A stretch of 248,000 bases of DNA from Octopus vulgaris (GCA_951406725.2 OX597815.1:35484001-35732000); one strand, 5' to 3'; shown: positions 98,234 to 113,253, counted from the stretch's first letter. Numbers and translations are program-made. Notes: a model not told the origin generated them from the sequence alone.

Positions 98234-101200
98234 CAGTAGAACCTCACAGTACGAATGTAGCATTGTATGAGTAATTTGCTGTACGAGCCAAGAAACGTGC
98301 CAATTTTTGTCTTGAAGTATGAGCGGAAATCCACAGTACAAGCACACAAATCGTCTCATCTTTAAGGTACATCAGTTAATAAAACCAGTTTACACATTTC
98401 TTTTGCATTCTCTTTTTTATAATTTCACTTTATTTGTAACTACTACACCTTTATTTTTAAATCCATAAAAAATTATTTTTCAATGGTTTTGCGGGGCTGG
98501 AACTGATTAATTATATTTTAGTTAATTTCAATGGGAAATATTGATTTATAAAATAAGTAAATTGTAAGACGAGCTCGGTCATGGAACGAATTAAACTTCT
98601 ACTGCAAGGTTTCACTGTATATATAATATATATCTCTTTTCTTTTACTTATTTCAATCATTAGACTGGCCATGCAGGGGCCATGCCTTGAAGAATTTTTA
98701 GTTGAATGTATTGACCCCCAACTACTTGCTTCTTATAAGCCTGGTACTTGTTCTACTGATCTATTTTGCTGAACTGCCAAGTTATAGGGACATAAGCACA
98801 CCATCACCGGTTGTCAAGCAGTGGGAACAGACACAAAGACACACACACATATACAAAGGGCTTCTTTTGGTTTCTGTCTACCAAATCCACTCACAAGACT
98901 TTGGTCAGCCCAAGGCTGTAGTAGAAGATGCTTACCCAGGGTGATACACAATGGGACTGAACCTGGAACCATGTGGATGGGAAGCAAGCTTCTTACCACT
99001 CAGCCACGCCTGAACCTATATATATATGAGTGTGTGTAAAGTACAATCTAAGGAAGCGAGGGAGAGTGGGCATCAGTAGTAATTGATTAAAAGGATTTCA
99101 AAGGATATCAATAAATACCATTGGCAAGAGGAGTAGAATGAAAAAAATCAACCATTTCCAGCTCTTGCTCATCAATGGAGAATAGAGAAAGATGAAGGTG
99201 TTGTAGGCCTGTTCTGTGTGGAGTAAAGTAGGAGAGGAAACTGAATTTATCGATATTCCACATGCTCTCCTCTAAATACAAGGTTGAATTATTTCACATA
99301 AAACCCTAATAACAAAAAAAAAAGGTTTGGAGGGATTGCTATATATTATGTAATTCATAACAAACTATTGGATAACACTGATGTGGTTGTTTAAGCCAGT
99401 AAAATATATCAATCAGAAGTAATCAATACAGCAGAGAAAGAGCTTCATAAAGAAACAACTGAAAGAAGAAAGCCTCAAGATTTATTGTCAATAGAAACCT
99501 CAACTCAATGGATGGGGAAAATGAATGATTGATATAGTGGGTGGTGGTAGTGGTGGTGGCAGCAGTGGTTGTGGTGGGCGGAAGAGGAGGAGGAGGTTGA
99601 GTGAGTGGTGGTGATCATATTGTTTAGATTAAGTTTAGCCTTGATTTAGGAAATCTTTGATCAAAAGGCATTCCAGCTTTGACCACCACTCTGCCTTGTT
99701 TTCGGAAATAGTGTATCTTGGAGTACATTGTCTGATGTATACTTTCTTTTTCAAGATGGTAAGATGTAGCTGCTATTTCTGGGAGACCAAATGACCCTTT
99801 AAAAGCTACCTTGTATTGGTGAATATGATGGTGGTGTTGGTGATGTTGCTGCTGCTGATGATGATGATGAATGAATGAATGAATATTCACTGTACTCAGT
99901 TACTTCACTCCTTATTCCAAAAGTAATGTTGCACAAGAGAGTAAAAACAATATATGCCTAAGCCAATGAGGAGGCCTCTACAAAGTCACTCAGTCTGCTA
100001 GAAATAGCAGCTAAATTCCTCTTTTATCTGATCCTACTATCTTTAAAAAAATGAAGTGGGGAATGATGCCAGCTAGATAATCTTTTATCATAATTCTCTT
100101 CAACCAGGTTTTATCTAGGTTAACCTGTAGAAGCTATCACATTAATGCAAATTTAAGAGATTAATATTCTGTGTTGATAAAATATCATGCCATATAAAAC
100201 CTTGACTATAATTGTTTCTTATAAAGGCATAGAGTCTAAAACAGATTAAAGAGGAGATATGCTAAATTTTGATGACCTGGCATAGCAGTATCAGCTATAT
100301 TTGATGTAATGTCATTCAGCATTTTTGTAACACTACAGCAGTGAGATACCACTGTTGGGAAACATGCAACTATATATAATATTTTTTGTGTGTTACATCA
100401 ATTGTTTATTTCCAGCACTAAATAATACTAAACAGTGCTAAAAATCACAGACAGGATGGAGGTAGCATTGTTTGGACTCTTCACTATATGCACACACTTT
100501 AGTATATAATATGTGTGTGTATATATATATATATATCATCATCATCATCATTGTCATTTTTAAGTCTGCTTTCCATGCTAGCATGGGTTGGACAGTTTGA
100601 ATGAGGACTGGTAAACCAGAAGGCTGCAGCAGGCTCCAATCTGATCTGGCAAAGTTTCAACAGCTGGATGCCCTTCCTAACACTAACCACTCCGAGAGTG
100701 TAGTGGGTGCTTTTACATGCCACTGGCATGAGGGCCTATCAGGCGGTTCTGGCAACCACCATGCTCAAAAGGTGTTTTTTACGTGCTACCTGCATGGGAG
100801 CCAGTCTGGCAGCACTGGCAATGACCACACTCAAATGTTTGTTTTTCACGTGCCATCAGCACATGTGCCAGTAAGGCAATGCTGGCAACGACCACGGTCG
100901 AATGGTGCTTTTTACATGCCACCAGCACAGGAGCCAATCCATGGCCCTGGCAACGATCACGCTCGGATGCGCCTTTAATGTTCCACTGGCATGAGTGCCA
101001 ATCAAGCAGTACTGTCATCAGCCACGTCAGCGATTTTGATTTGATTTCACTTGCCTCAATTGGTCTTTGCAAGCAGAGTTTATTGTTCAGTGAATGAGGG
101101 GTACTCATAAGTGGGCTGGTTACATATATTATGCCATTAAGCTGGGTGTGTAAGTTGAGAGAGATGAGATGAGGAAAGTGGCAAGCTTTTGCAAGAGTTA

Positions 101201-102172
101201 ACTATGTGAAGTGAAGTAGTTCCACTTTATTACCAATTCCCACTTTCTTGAATTTATGGAAGCCTAACAGCAACCACCATGCTTATCTAAAATATTTAGT
101301 ACCACACAATTTATACTCCGAAATATCAACTTCATATTTTGTTGCATACAAGGCACAGGCATGGCTGTGTGAGTAAGATATTTGCTTGCAGCCAAATCGT
101401 TTCAGGTTCACCCACAATATGCAGCACACTGGACAAGTGTTTTTGATTATACCAAGTGAATTTGAGACAAAAACTGAAAGAAGCCTGTCGTATGTGTATG
101501 TGTGTGATCATCACCATCATCATTTAGCATCTGCTTTTCGTGCTGGCATGGATTAAACAGTTTGACTAAAACTATTATGCTGGAAGCTGCACCGGGTTCC
101601 AATCTAATTTGGCATGGCTTCTACAACTGGATGCCCATCCTAACGATAGAGAGAATAGTGATGGTGATGATGATGGCAGAAATGCTAGTAAGGAAAATTA
101701 TTTTTAACATAAACATGTCACAAATTTAAATAGCGACTAGCCACCTTAATAATAATAATAATCATCATCATCGTTTAACGTCCGCTTTATATATATATAG
101801 CTATGTAGTTCAGAAGTTTACTTCCCAACCATGTGGTTTTGGGTTCAGTCCCAACATGGCACCTTGAGCAGGTGACTTCTACAATAGCACCTGAACAACC
101901 AAAACCTTGTGAGTGGATTTGGTTGATGGAAACTGCAAGAAAAGCTCATTGGATATAAATAAATGTGTGTGTGTGTGTGGAGGGGTGTATGTATACTTGC
102001 ATGTGTGTGTTTGTCACTCCTTGTCTTGACACCAATGGATAGATATAGCAAGTATTGCTGCCATACAAGTAGAGTCTTTAATAAAACATGTCAGGTAATG
102101 GAGAAATAATACCTTGTGGCAACAAAAAGTGCATCAAGGCATAGAAAATCTACCTCAATAAATCCCATCAGA

Positions 102173-102211
<39 letters not shown>

Positions 102212-102759
102212 TCCGGTCGAACCGTCCAACCCGTGCTAGCGCGGAAAACGGACGTTAAACGATGATGATGATGATATATATATGTGGAGGCGCAATGGCC
102301 CAGTGGTTAGGGCAGCGGACTCGCGGTCGTAGGATCACGGTTTCGATTCCCAGACTGGGCGTTGTGTGCGTTTATTGAGTGAAAACACCTAAAAGTTCCA
102401 CGAAGCTCCAGCAGGGGGTGGTGGCAATCCCTGCTGTACTCTTTCACTCTTTCTTCTGTTGACCTGCTCGCTTAGCCAGCAGGCAGGCATGTATGTATGT
102501 GTGCATTTATGTCTTCCCAAAGTCAATGTTCATACAAACAGTGTCATTTGTTTGCAACCTTCCATGGAAATATATCCAGCCATTGAGTTGTTCATTGTTT
102601 GATTGCTTGAAGGACTCAGGGGAAATATCACCTTGCTTGTAAACAGGCAAGGGATGGTGACAGGTAGGGTGTGCAATCATAGAAATTTTGCTTCATATGT
102701 CTGACCCATGTAAGCGTAAAAAAGTGGATACTGAAATGATGATGATGACTAGAAGGAGG

Positions 102760-102816
<57 letters not shown>

Positions 102817-103011
102817 TTTTGTATGTATGTATTTTCCAGTGTTTAATGATATTGAAAACTATGCCCCTGGATTTAAATCAAGCATCATTGGATATGACCT
102901 ACTGGCTCCACCAGACCTTGAAAGTACTTTTGGACTTACAGGAGGGGTGAGTTTTATTTACTATGTTTGTAGAAACTAAATCAAATCTACTAATCTCTAG
103001 CACAACCTTGT

Positions 103012-103053
<42 letters not shown>

Positions 103054-103877
103054 TATTAAGGCAGTGAGCTGGCAGAATTGTTAGCATGCTGGATGAAATG
103101 CTTAGCTATATTTTGTCTGTCGCCATGTTCTGAGTTCAAATTCCACCAAGGTCGACTTTACCTTTCATCCTTTCAGGGTCAATAAATTAAGTACCAGTTG
103201 CTGGGGTTGATGTAATCAGCTATCTCCTCCCCCCCCCCCAAATTTCAGACCTTGTGCCTATAATAGAAAGGAGTATTATATAAAAACTCACAGCTTATTT
103301 TACTGGGTATGATGAGAAGTGTCAGCTGTCCACAGCTAGCAGACTAAGGTGACACTTGTTTACTAGTCATGCTCCAAGAACCCTGCGAAGAATTCTTGCA
103401 GTTCCAAGCAATGCTGATTTTTGTAAGTGTTCTACTTTCACACTTGCATCAGTCTTTTTCAGCCATGTTGGCAGCTGAGTGCTGATACTTCCAAGTGCAC
103501 CAATTACTACTGGTATCACGTCTACTCTCTTCATTGACCACAACCTTCGTATTTCCCACTTTAAATTGTTATAGTTGTTTATTTTTCTTCTTCTTTCACA
103601 TTGATCCTGTCTTCACGGGGGCATGCTATGTTGATAATCATGTTCTTTCTTTTTATTCACCACAACAATGTCTGGTTTCCTATGTCTGGTCAGGTGATCG
103701 CACTGGATCATTACATCCCACAAGATTTTGCAGTTCCCATTTTCAGTGACTCCTTCTGGGGATTGTTCATACCACATCTTTGCTCCTTGTAGGCCATGAT
103801 TTCCACAGAGCTCCCCATGGGTCATTTTTGCTACATTGCCATGGCGTCGTTTGTATTCACATTGTGCCAATTTTGGA

Positions 103878-103912
<35 letters not shown>

Positions 103913-106376
103913 GAATCATAACCTATCTTGGGATATCATCATAAAGGGTGGCAGATGGATTTTAGCTATATCTTTATATTTTTTTTGAGTTCATACCCTG
104001 CTGAAGCTGGCATAACTTTTATCCCATTTTCAAATATGTACCAATAAAATAAACTTGTTCTGCTCTTCAAAATCTACAGCTTTGTTTCAATATAAAAATT
104101 CTTTGATAGAACCTTTATATAAGGTGATGGATTAGCAGTAATGAGCACGTTGGAAAAACAGTATTTGTTCCAGCTCTTTATGTTCTGAGTTCAAATCCTC
104201 CCATGATCAGTTTTGTCTTTCACCCCTCCAGGGTTGATAAAGTTAAATCAATATCAGTCAAGTACTAGAGGTAATAGTTTCAAGTAACCCCTCCCCTCAA
104301 AACTATTGGCCTTGTGTTTAATTTATAAAAAAATTATTTGAACCTTTTGTAAGTGATGGAAGCAGTCAGACATTAATCTAAATACTTTAGAGACATCAAA
104401 CAATATTACTTGCTTATTTAATTCTGGTGCTTTACATTCTGAGATCAAATCTTACAAAGGCTGACTTTATCTTTTGGGGTCAATAAAATAAAATACCTGT
104501 CAAGCAACTAGAGTTGATTTCATTGACTATATGCTCCTTTAGAATTCTGGTCTTGGGCCAATAGTTTGAGTTCATTTCCATTCAGAGTCTACTCTATTTT
104601 CCATCCCTGCAGCCTCAATAAAATACCAAAAAATATGTTATGGTCAAATTTATTAAATAATATTTTTATATTAAAACAATTAGTGAAGGGACAGACAAAA
104701 ACACTGGAATGTTAAAGTATGTGTCAAGTTGTATTTAATTTCATACGTCAACATTTTAATTTCAAATCCCACTGGAATCAATTTTCAGCCTTTTATCTTC
104801 TAAAAGTCACTAAAATAAGTACCAAATACATGATGTAATTGACTTAAATGACATTACCCATCCCTACACATCTTTGGCCCTGTGCTGAAACTAAATATTA
104901 TCTAAGCATTCTTCTGCCTCAATAATGATTTCTAACAGTCAAAATTGCCATATATCATAAGGAAAGAAAGCAAGTTATTGATGAACCCCATTATTTAAGA
105001 GTATTCAACATTACAGGTTACGTCAATACAATTTTGACATATTGTTTTATATGTTAAAATTCCATCATGAAGCCAATTATTAAATGAAATACAATATTTC
105101 AACAGAGCTAATTCATTGTGCTAAGAGAAAAACCACAGTTCAAGGTCACTGGTGAAAGTTTGCATTGGCAAAACTACTTAATAAGATTCATAAAACAAGG
105201 AGGGGATCAGTTTTGATATTTCTCATCTCATCCATGTGTATACTAGTTTTTTGAACCGGTACATGTTAACCCTGTGTTGTAGGAAGTTGTATTAGGAAAG
105301 GCATCCTGCTATAAACCAATGTCCCACAAAAGTTCAATCTTGTTCATCCTGGCACAGGAAAGCAGACATAAAAACAATGACTTTGTCACAAGTACCATCG
105401 ACTATAACAAATATTCTCCTCACAAACTTAATTTATGAATGTTATGTCATAGAGTAGTTTCCACTGTTAAATGAAATAGTATATTCCTTTGAATATGCTA
105501 TGATATGCTGTTTATTTACACTACTGTAGATTTGGCTTCTCTTAACCATTTTACCCAAGTAGTGATATTCGTGAATAATGAACTTCCCCTTTCCCTCATA
105601 CTTTTACTCCTCATCTTCTAGTGTACAGCTGTTCCTTTGGAGTTCATAGTGTTGCAAGTTGCATTGCAACCTCAGTAATGCTGGTGGTATGGAAAAGTAT
105701 CTAATACACACTATAAAGTGGTTGGTATTTGGAAAGGCATCCATCTGTAGAAACCATGCCGAAGCAGACACTGCAATACAATGCAGTCTTTGGCCCCATC
105801 AGATCCCTTCAAACTATTCAACCCATGCCAGTATGGAACATGTACATTAAATTATGATGGTGGTGATGATGATGAACCCTTACACACTAACATGTAATAG
105901 ATATGATCCAATGACCAACAGATATTTACTAATATATGTTTATTTATATGTACTAATTTTCAAATGCTTTTCAGAACATTTTCCATGGTTCTATGAGTCT
106001 TGACCAGCTATATTCTGGTAGGCCAACAACTTCCTTGTGTGGTAACAAATCTCCTGTGTCTGGCCTCTATCTTTGTGGCAGTGGTGCACACCCAGGTATG
106101 TTTATTTTTTGACTGGAAGCTTACCTATATGATACAAAGCATTTGTAGTAATATTCAATCATTCTTTAATGAATTGGCAATTTTAAACTTACAAAGATTA
106201 TGAGAAATTGAGATAAAAATCTTGCCTGTTATTTTGTCTTTTATTCTTCATCTAACTTCTATGATTTTTAGGTATTTATTTAATATTTTATCTTTGATTT
106301 AGGTGGAGGTGTGATGGGTGCAGCTGGGAAACTTGCCGCTGAAAAACTTCTGAAAGATCTGAAGAAACTAAAGTGA
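69937..106376 (+). CDS. PYROXD2: Pyridine nucleotide-disulfide oxidoreductase domain-containing protein 2 (589 aa, 16 coding exons)
   Basis: join(69937..70087,72463..72482,73193..73286,74138..74211,79237..79392,79680..79833,82438..82499,84506..84603,87536..87677,89952..90083,92031..92103,93293..93449,96676..96830,102840..102946,105975..106095,106303..106376). GT-AG, phases consistent, 1770 nt. Motifs [93 protein letters not shown]. Confidence 0.95.
75520..75850 (-). mobile_element. Penelope-like GIY-YIG endonuclease fragment
   Basis: [24 protein letters not shown]...[18 protein letters not shown]. Confidence 0.8.
80965..81360 (-). mobile_element. Chimeric element: tRNA-like head, (AAT)n, then a Penelope-like segment with a hammerhead
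   Basis: Minus strand TGGCATAGTGG (box A) ... GTTCGATTCC (box B) at ~81222-81286, microsatellite, ribozyme segment; inverted AGTGACCTGAAT(AAT)n arm; 3' fragment also at 73670-73745. Confidence 0.65.
81047..81092 (-). ncRNA. Minimal type I hammerhead ribozyme (short palindromic stem III)
   Basis: GACAC-CTGATGA-A-GGCTG(GAGGGTATAT)CAGCC-GAA-ACGT-T-GTGTT: stem I GACAC/GTGTT, 5-bp stem II, ACGT palindrome. Confidence 0.75.
88700..88890 (-). mobile_element. piggyBac transposase C-terminal fragment
   Basis: [14 protein letters not shown]...[23 protein letters not shown]. Confidence 0.75.
96200..96585 (+). mobile_element. tRNA-derived SINE family B1, representative copy
   Basis: GTGGAGGCGCAATGGCCCAGTGG...TTCGATTCCCAGACCGGGCG; copies at 102285, 115255, 118905-119280 (-), 137120, 144590-144870 (-), 152030-152215 (-). 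Confidence 0.8.
98234..98617. mobile_element. Tigger-type MITE
   Basis: CAGTAGAACCTC ... GGTTTCACTG ends with TA on both sides. Confidence 0.7.
103380..103880 (-). mobile_element. R4/Dong-like LINE 3' fragment next to (ATT)n
   Basis: [11 protein letters not shown]...[27 protein letters not shown] motifs. Confidence 0.85.
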
Positions 106377-109300
106377 AAACAATTCTTTTCTCTTCTAGTG
106401 TGAGATGAGGAAAATTTTAGTCTTCTGTTATAATTCCTTTGACACTTAGGATGCACAGAAGGAATATTAACTAACTACAGTATTTAGCTGATATTTTCTT
106501 TCATCAGCTCCAGAATAAAAGCAAAGATTGACCTCCAGCTCACAAAAGGCCATAACTAAACCCTGTTAGGCATTTTGTCTGCTGCTGTAATGATTTTGTC
106601 AACTGAAAAAGCATAACTAAAAAGGATGATAAAATAAACTAATGAAAAACTGAGGGAAAAAAATAACACAAATTTAAGACCTATATGTAATATATTGATT
106701 TCTTTCAACTTGTCTCTAAGATCCTACAGTTTCATGAGTGAAGAAATATAATGCTCAGGCATTCAGGCTTTTCCCAAAGGTGCTTGCAGTTTATGTAAAT
106801 GAATCTTTGTCAGTTTCAGCAATGTATATTTCAGTTGTTTAATCAATTGAACTATCTATTGAAGACAAATGTAAGTAATTAAATGTTCCACAGACACATG
106901 TATTCATAGCATAATTCTCAAACAGAATCATCATGACACAGTATGTGACAATGACGGGCCCTTTGAATCATGAGTAAAATCCATCTGATGGGTTTCTACA
107001 ATTTCTAGCTTTTCAATTCTATTCACAGCAATGGGTCTACCAGGGATTATGGCAAAAGATACCCCACCTTGTTCAAGATGTCAATGGTTGTAAGATTGAA
107101 CCTGAGATCTTACAATTGAAACTGGAATTTCTTAGCTTATATGAAAAATAAATGGCATAAAACAAGAATCAAAACCATATTGTCATATCTGTTTACCAAA
107201 ATATAGATAGATAGAGAGAGGGGGGGAGAGAAAGAGAGAGAAATAACAGGATTTTATGAAGTAGGGGCAGGTTGGATTGATTAAATCTGTTGATCTCAAA
107301 GGAATGAAAGAGAAGGTTGGCACCAATCTATAAATTCTATAATTCAGTCTCCAAATTTTGTTGACTTGCCTTTTCATTTTTGGTTTATTAAAAATTAATG
107401 CAGCATTATGAATATTTATTGCAGACCTACGCAAACTTGTTCTAAATTAATCTAAACATAAATCTTTGATTTGTCATGTTATGTATGAGGTGGATTGTTT
107501 GACGTCAATGTTACACTGTTTTAAGTCATCCTTGTTGGCTGAATGGCTGAATTAAACATAGCATCCGACACAAAACAATAAGATGCCAACAAAGAATTTT
107601 TAATGAGCTTTTCATGATGTATCCAATGACTTAATAAATGGGTAGTTTTACAGGAAAGTCTAAATATGTCAACGTCCTACATTCTACCTTTCAAAAACTC
107701 TTGTCTTGAAAACAAAAACAATAAAAATGTTCCAGATTTTGGTCTCTGTAAGAATGAGATCATGAGTAACAGAAAACTGATATGGGAAGATATAATACAA
107801 ACTGATACTTTTCTGTTTGTATATAAATATAATACCATTCACCATCTGCTACACATGATTATGTATGATCAAAGTATTTCTCCCGCTACTACCACTAATA
107901 GCATTTCAGGGTAGAATATTAACAGAAGGGTGAATACTTGCTTTTGACTTGTTTATCAAATATCTCATGTCTGTACCCATAATTTAAAATGTGTTCTACG
108001 TAAGTAGCAACCATAGTCATGTGTTGAGTTACAAAGAAAAAAGTAAATCAAAGCAGAGAACTTGACATGCTGGTTTATATTCCCAACTGTAAACATTCTA
108101 CTTAACATTGTCAGTGTCCCTCAAAAAGTGAAAATGTGCACTCTAATTTCTCCAACTTTATATCCAAAACATGTTGCCTGTAAACAAAAATTTAGTATAT
108201 TCTATATACCTACATTGATTTGTATATCATAATAATTTATGACAATGATGCTACACTGGTATTTTGTTTTTTTAGTTTGAACCCTCAGGTCTTTTAGCTT
108301 ATACACCTCCTAGATTGATTTTGCTTTTCAACCTCTGACATCTTGAAAACAATTCCAGTTATATAATTTGAGTCAATATTACATTACCTAGTTGAAAATA
108401 CAATGTATCTGTTTCCTATAGATGATGTCATTGAAATATTTACAATAATACTTTTTCAAAAAAGTAAAAAAATTTTTTTTCATAAAATACTGATAAATTA
108501 TTAATAGTAAATGGTGGCACATAAAAATCACCATTTGAGCGTGGTCGTTGCCAGTACCGCCTGACTGGCCCTCATGCCGGTGGCATGTAAAAGCACCCAC
108601 TACACTCTCAGAGTGGTTGGCATCAGGAAGGGCATCCAGCTGTAGAAACTCTGCCAGATCAGATTGTAGCCTGGTGCAGCCATCTGGTTTGCCAGTCCTC
108701 AGTCAAATTGTCCAACTCATGCTAGCATGGAAAGCAGACATTAAATGATGATGATGATGATGATGATGTCACAAAATATGGCTTTATAATTTCAAGTTCA
108801 GTATTTTTGACATTTACGTTTTTCGTAAAGCATTTAAATAAATTTCACTAAAACTCTATAAAGCCAATACTTAACCATGTTTTATACTGCCTTTGTGTAA
108901 TTAATTGAAAATTCAAAAATTGGAAATTAGATGGTCTTTCAACCATTTAATTTTGTGAAATTAGATGGTTGAAAGACAAACCTCAGTGTTCCACAGCTGA
109001 CATTCCTCTACAGATAGTATTTATCTCCACTCAAACGTGAATGTTCTATTAGAAGAAACTTTATTGCGTTAGTTACCACAAGGGAAGCTCTTATATTGTC
109101 TTTGGGTACAAAATGCACTCTTGTTTATATCACTAGTGGGGAATTAGATCCCTGCTACCTCCAACTCTGAGACCACCAAATCACGTGATTTTGACCTTGT
109201 TTGGTCTTGTCAGGCAGCATATGGATAAGGACAGCTGCATAAAGGGCTGAGCTCTAATTGTGGAGGGTACCTGTGGAAGGGGTAGACCCAGGATGATGTG

Positions 109301-112300
109301 GGACGAAGTGATGAAGAAGGATCTCTGGATGCTGAGTCTCACTGAGGAAATGACAAGGGGCTGGGAGTTGTGGCAATTAGCTGTACTTGATAAGATGCAT
109401 CAAGCTAAGTAAAAATGCTGTCTTCCACACATACAGGTTTGTCTTTTCAGATGCTAGTGCCATTTAAAAAGCACCCATAAGGATGCTGCATTAACACACG
109501 TGTGTCAGTACTGCATAAACGCACCCAGCAATTGGCATTAGGAAGGGCATCCAGCCATAGAAACTATGCCTCAGTTGGAGTCCAATAGGCTCCCTGCTCA
109601 CCAGCTCCATGTCAAACTGTTCAACCCATGCCAGCATGGAGAGCAGACATTAAATGAGGATGATGATGAAGGCCTGCTCACTCCCTCAATTTATACATTG
109701 TGTCTGGTGAGACTGGTGTTCTCTGAAAATGTTCAAAAACCCCAAATCCCCAGAGCATTACTGCGAGTGATTTCAAGGGAGTGGAATAGGCAAGTGTTCC
109801 AACAAACATCATCTGACATGTCAGTAAGAATACTAACTCAAAAACCTATTTTTTTATCAGCACACCTCTCACAAATGTCTCATAAATTGGAAAGCTAAGT
109901 TATCAAGATTGCAATATTTCAGTGTCATATTTCATTCAGTTACGGGGAGGGGGAATAATGTCTCATCCATTTCTGTCACATGCTTAGAGTTAAGTATTAG
110001 CTACAGACATGCTTTGGCCATATTGGAGCCTCACTAGTGGGGCATAATCAAACTTGATCAGGGGCATTTCCGAAAATATTTGCGAAGATTTTAACCATTT
110101 GCATAATTAAAAAGAAATAATAAATAAAATAAGCTAAGGGAAATAATTCAATTGCTCTGATGGCATGAATTTGGAATGACGTACGCAAGTTTTTGTTTTT
110201 TAAATTGAAATCTCCCTCGTAGTTGGAGAAAGAAAATAAAAACTTATCAGCAATTGTTAGTAACTCTCACTATTTTCGAACGAGCTGTGGTTGATTTCAT
110301 TATGCTCCTACGCTTATTAGAGTTATCCTGTTATCTCGGACTCCATCTAGCCAGTAGTAACAAAACAGATATTTGTGATTTTATTTTTTTGTCATATCAA
110401 GTCATGCGCATTTGTCTGTCAATGATTCAGCATTTATTGTCAGATATATTCTTTTCTACTCTAGGCACAAGGCCCGAAATTTGGTGGGAGGAGACCAATC
110501 GCTTAGATCTACACCAGTACGCAACTGGTACTTAATTTATCGACCCCGAAAGGATGAAAGGCAAAGTCGACCTCTACGGGATTTGAACTCAGAACGTAAA
110601 GACAAACGAAATACCTATTTCTTTACTACCCACAAAGGGCTAAACACAGAGGGGACAAACAAGGACAGACAAACGGATTAAGTCGATTACATCGACTCCA
110701 GTGTGTAACTTGTACTTTATTTATTGACCCCGAAAGGATGAAAGGCAGAGTCGACCTCGGCGGAATTTGAACTCAGAACGTAGCGGCAGACGAAATACGG
110801 CCACGCATTTCGCCCGGCGTGCTAACGTTTCTGCCAGCTCACCGCCTTTATTATCATTGACTTCTTCATTCCATCTCGCCAGTTACACAAAGAGAGAGAG
110901 AGGGGGGATGTCCACCCTTTCCCCATATGCGCCGGTTTCTTTTTTACATTCTTGAACATCGCGCATTTGATCGAAACCTTGTCTGATTCTTATACTCGTC
111001 CAGTTGTGGGACTGTAGATTAATTTATCTATTTAAGTGACAGATGATAAAGCTTAGTTAACCGTTGAAAAATAACCTGTTTACGAGTCAATACTGAGCAC
111101 TTAACTTCAATGACTGCCACTTTGTAAAATGTTCCGGTGTAGGTTGTTTCTTTATGATATTTTAATGTTGAGGAATATTTGGAGAATAAGTGAAATGGGT
111201 ATTGAAGTATTGGTGTGATGTTAATCAACGTGATGTCCTATAATCAAATCAACTCCAACGTTGTTTAGATAACATTTATATTAACAGAAGTGTATCACAA
111301 TACTAGTAGTATCGCCCGGCGTTGCTCTGGTTTGTTTCAACACTTTTGAATTGGAATTTTTGAAAAGTAAAACTTTAGCATTATGTAGCTTGTTATTCTC
111401 TTTAAGTGAACATTTTTCTGGTTGAAATAAACCGAAAAATGGCGACACAGCAGTCAAAAAATCGTAAAAAATAGGGATTTTCATAGAAAAAACTTCACCT
111501 TTTTTATGTAAATAATTTTTGGTGTTAACATGGTCCGATTTGAATTTTATCTTCTACAGAATGAAGAGCAAGCCTTTTTCTATCATACTCTCAATTTTGG
111601 TCAACTTGCGCCGCAGGGTCTTGAAGGCTACCGAACCTGCCACACACAGACAACTTCAGCTTTATATATATATAGATTTACATAATTACATAGTGGCTTG
111701 CCTATAGTGTATTGGTGATGTGCTACAAGCAAGTGTAGTTCGTAGTTGCATTACTAATAGAAAGGATTAGTTTTGCGTGAGAGGTGGGGAAAATACTTTA
111801 TCATTGTCGATGATGCTTTTTATCTGCGGTTGAAAAAACTTGTCAGTGCAACTTGTATGCACCTCTGGCTTGTTTTTCTTTAAGAATTAGCTGGTTATTC
111901 ATTTGTGCAGCGCAAGGTGAGGATATTGTGTTTGTGGTACGTGTTTAGAGAAGTGCATTGAAGGTAAAGTAATTCCTTTTAACACGTGTCTAACAGCAAT
112001 CAAGAATCCTGGAGACTTCTCGAACTTTGTGCTGACTTGGAGCAAATGCAAAAATTAATTCTACCCGAGTAAGTGAAACGAATACGTAAACGTTTAACAG
112101 TCATTGTTTTAAGTTAGTAGATACCACTGTGTATAAGTGGCAACAGCTCAACGAGAGTCCAGTTGTTGTTTAACTCAGTCGACTTAGACCCATTATCAAA
112201 GGCATTTCAACTACAGGAACTCCGACAGAAGTTTCATAAGGAGCATTAAAACTTCTTTTGGGATCAGGGAGAGGGAATCTCCTTTCAAACTTTGAGGAGG

Positions 112301-112596
112301 CGGGAGTTTTTTTTAGAGAGAGAAAGAAGTCAATGAACAGGTCGCGGTCTCAAAACGACGAAAATATTTTGACAAATTAAATTTAAATGTTGAAGTGAAT
112401 CTAACGGTTTTTGTGTGTTTCTTAAATGGCTTATAAACACTTTCCACGCTGCAATTATTTTCGTTCCAGCACACGATCTCAGATCAGGTCACTTGCTATG
112501 CAAGTACATCTCCGTAAGTCATTTATTAAATGTCAGTAAATGGAAATATATTAAATGTTTTCAAATTTGGCTTTGTATCTGTTTTAGGAATGTTTC

Positions 112597-112668
<72 letters not shown>

Positions 112669-113207
112669 GCATGCCATCAAAGTGACACTGGGGTAAAATA
112701 TACCAAGCCCAGTATAGCCATCATGACTACCTGTCTGATAAGGGTACACCAGGCACATGCATCATAACCATATGTGCGTGACATGGTGATCTCATATCAA
112801 GATAAACAGCACATGATCTTGCAGGTGAGGCCCAGTTAGAATTTTCTTCTGGTCGAGTAACCCATCCCTCTCAAAAGGTCACTGAATAAGGGTTGTTTAA
112901 GTATGTTGAATGAAACACCCATGCTTCCAGAGGTGAATTATTCAAACCCCAAAGAATCCCTCTCAACACATGGCTATGATGCTCCCCCACTACTTCTGCT
113001 CGTGATCAGAGATGCACATATCGTCAGCTACTAAGGGACATGCTCAACTGGTTACGGTCAAACAACTGACAAGCAAATCTGTGGTATTGAGCAGAACATT
113101 TGCTGTAGCCCATCTTTTATACCAAGACAAAACAATGTACATGATAACACTTCCAATCAGTTAAGATCAGAAGCCACCAGAGACACTGCCTGGTACTGCA
113201 TCAGGGC

Positions 113208-113253
<46 letters not shown>

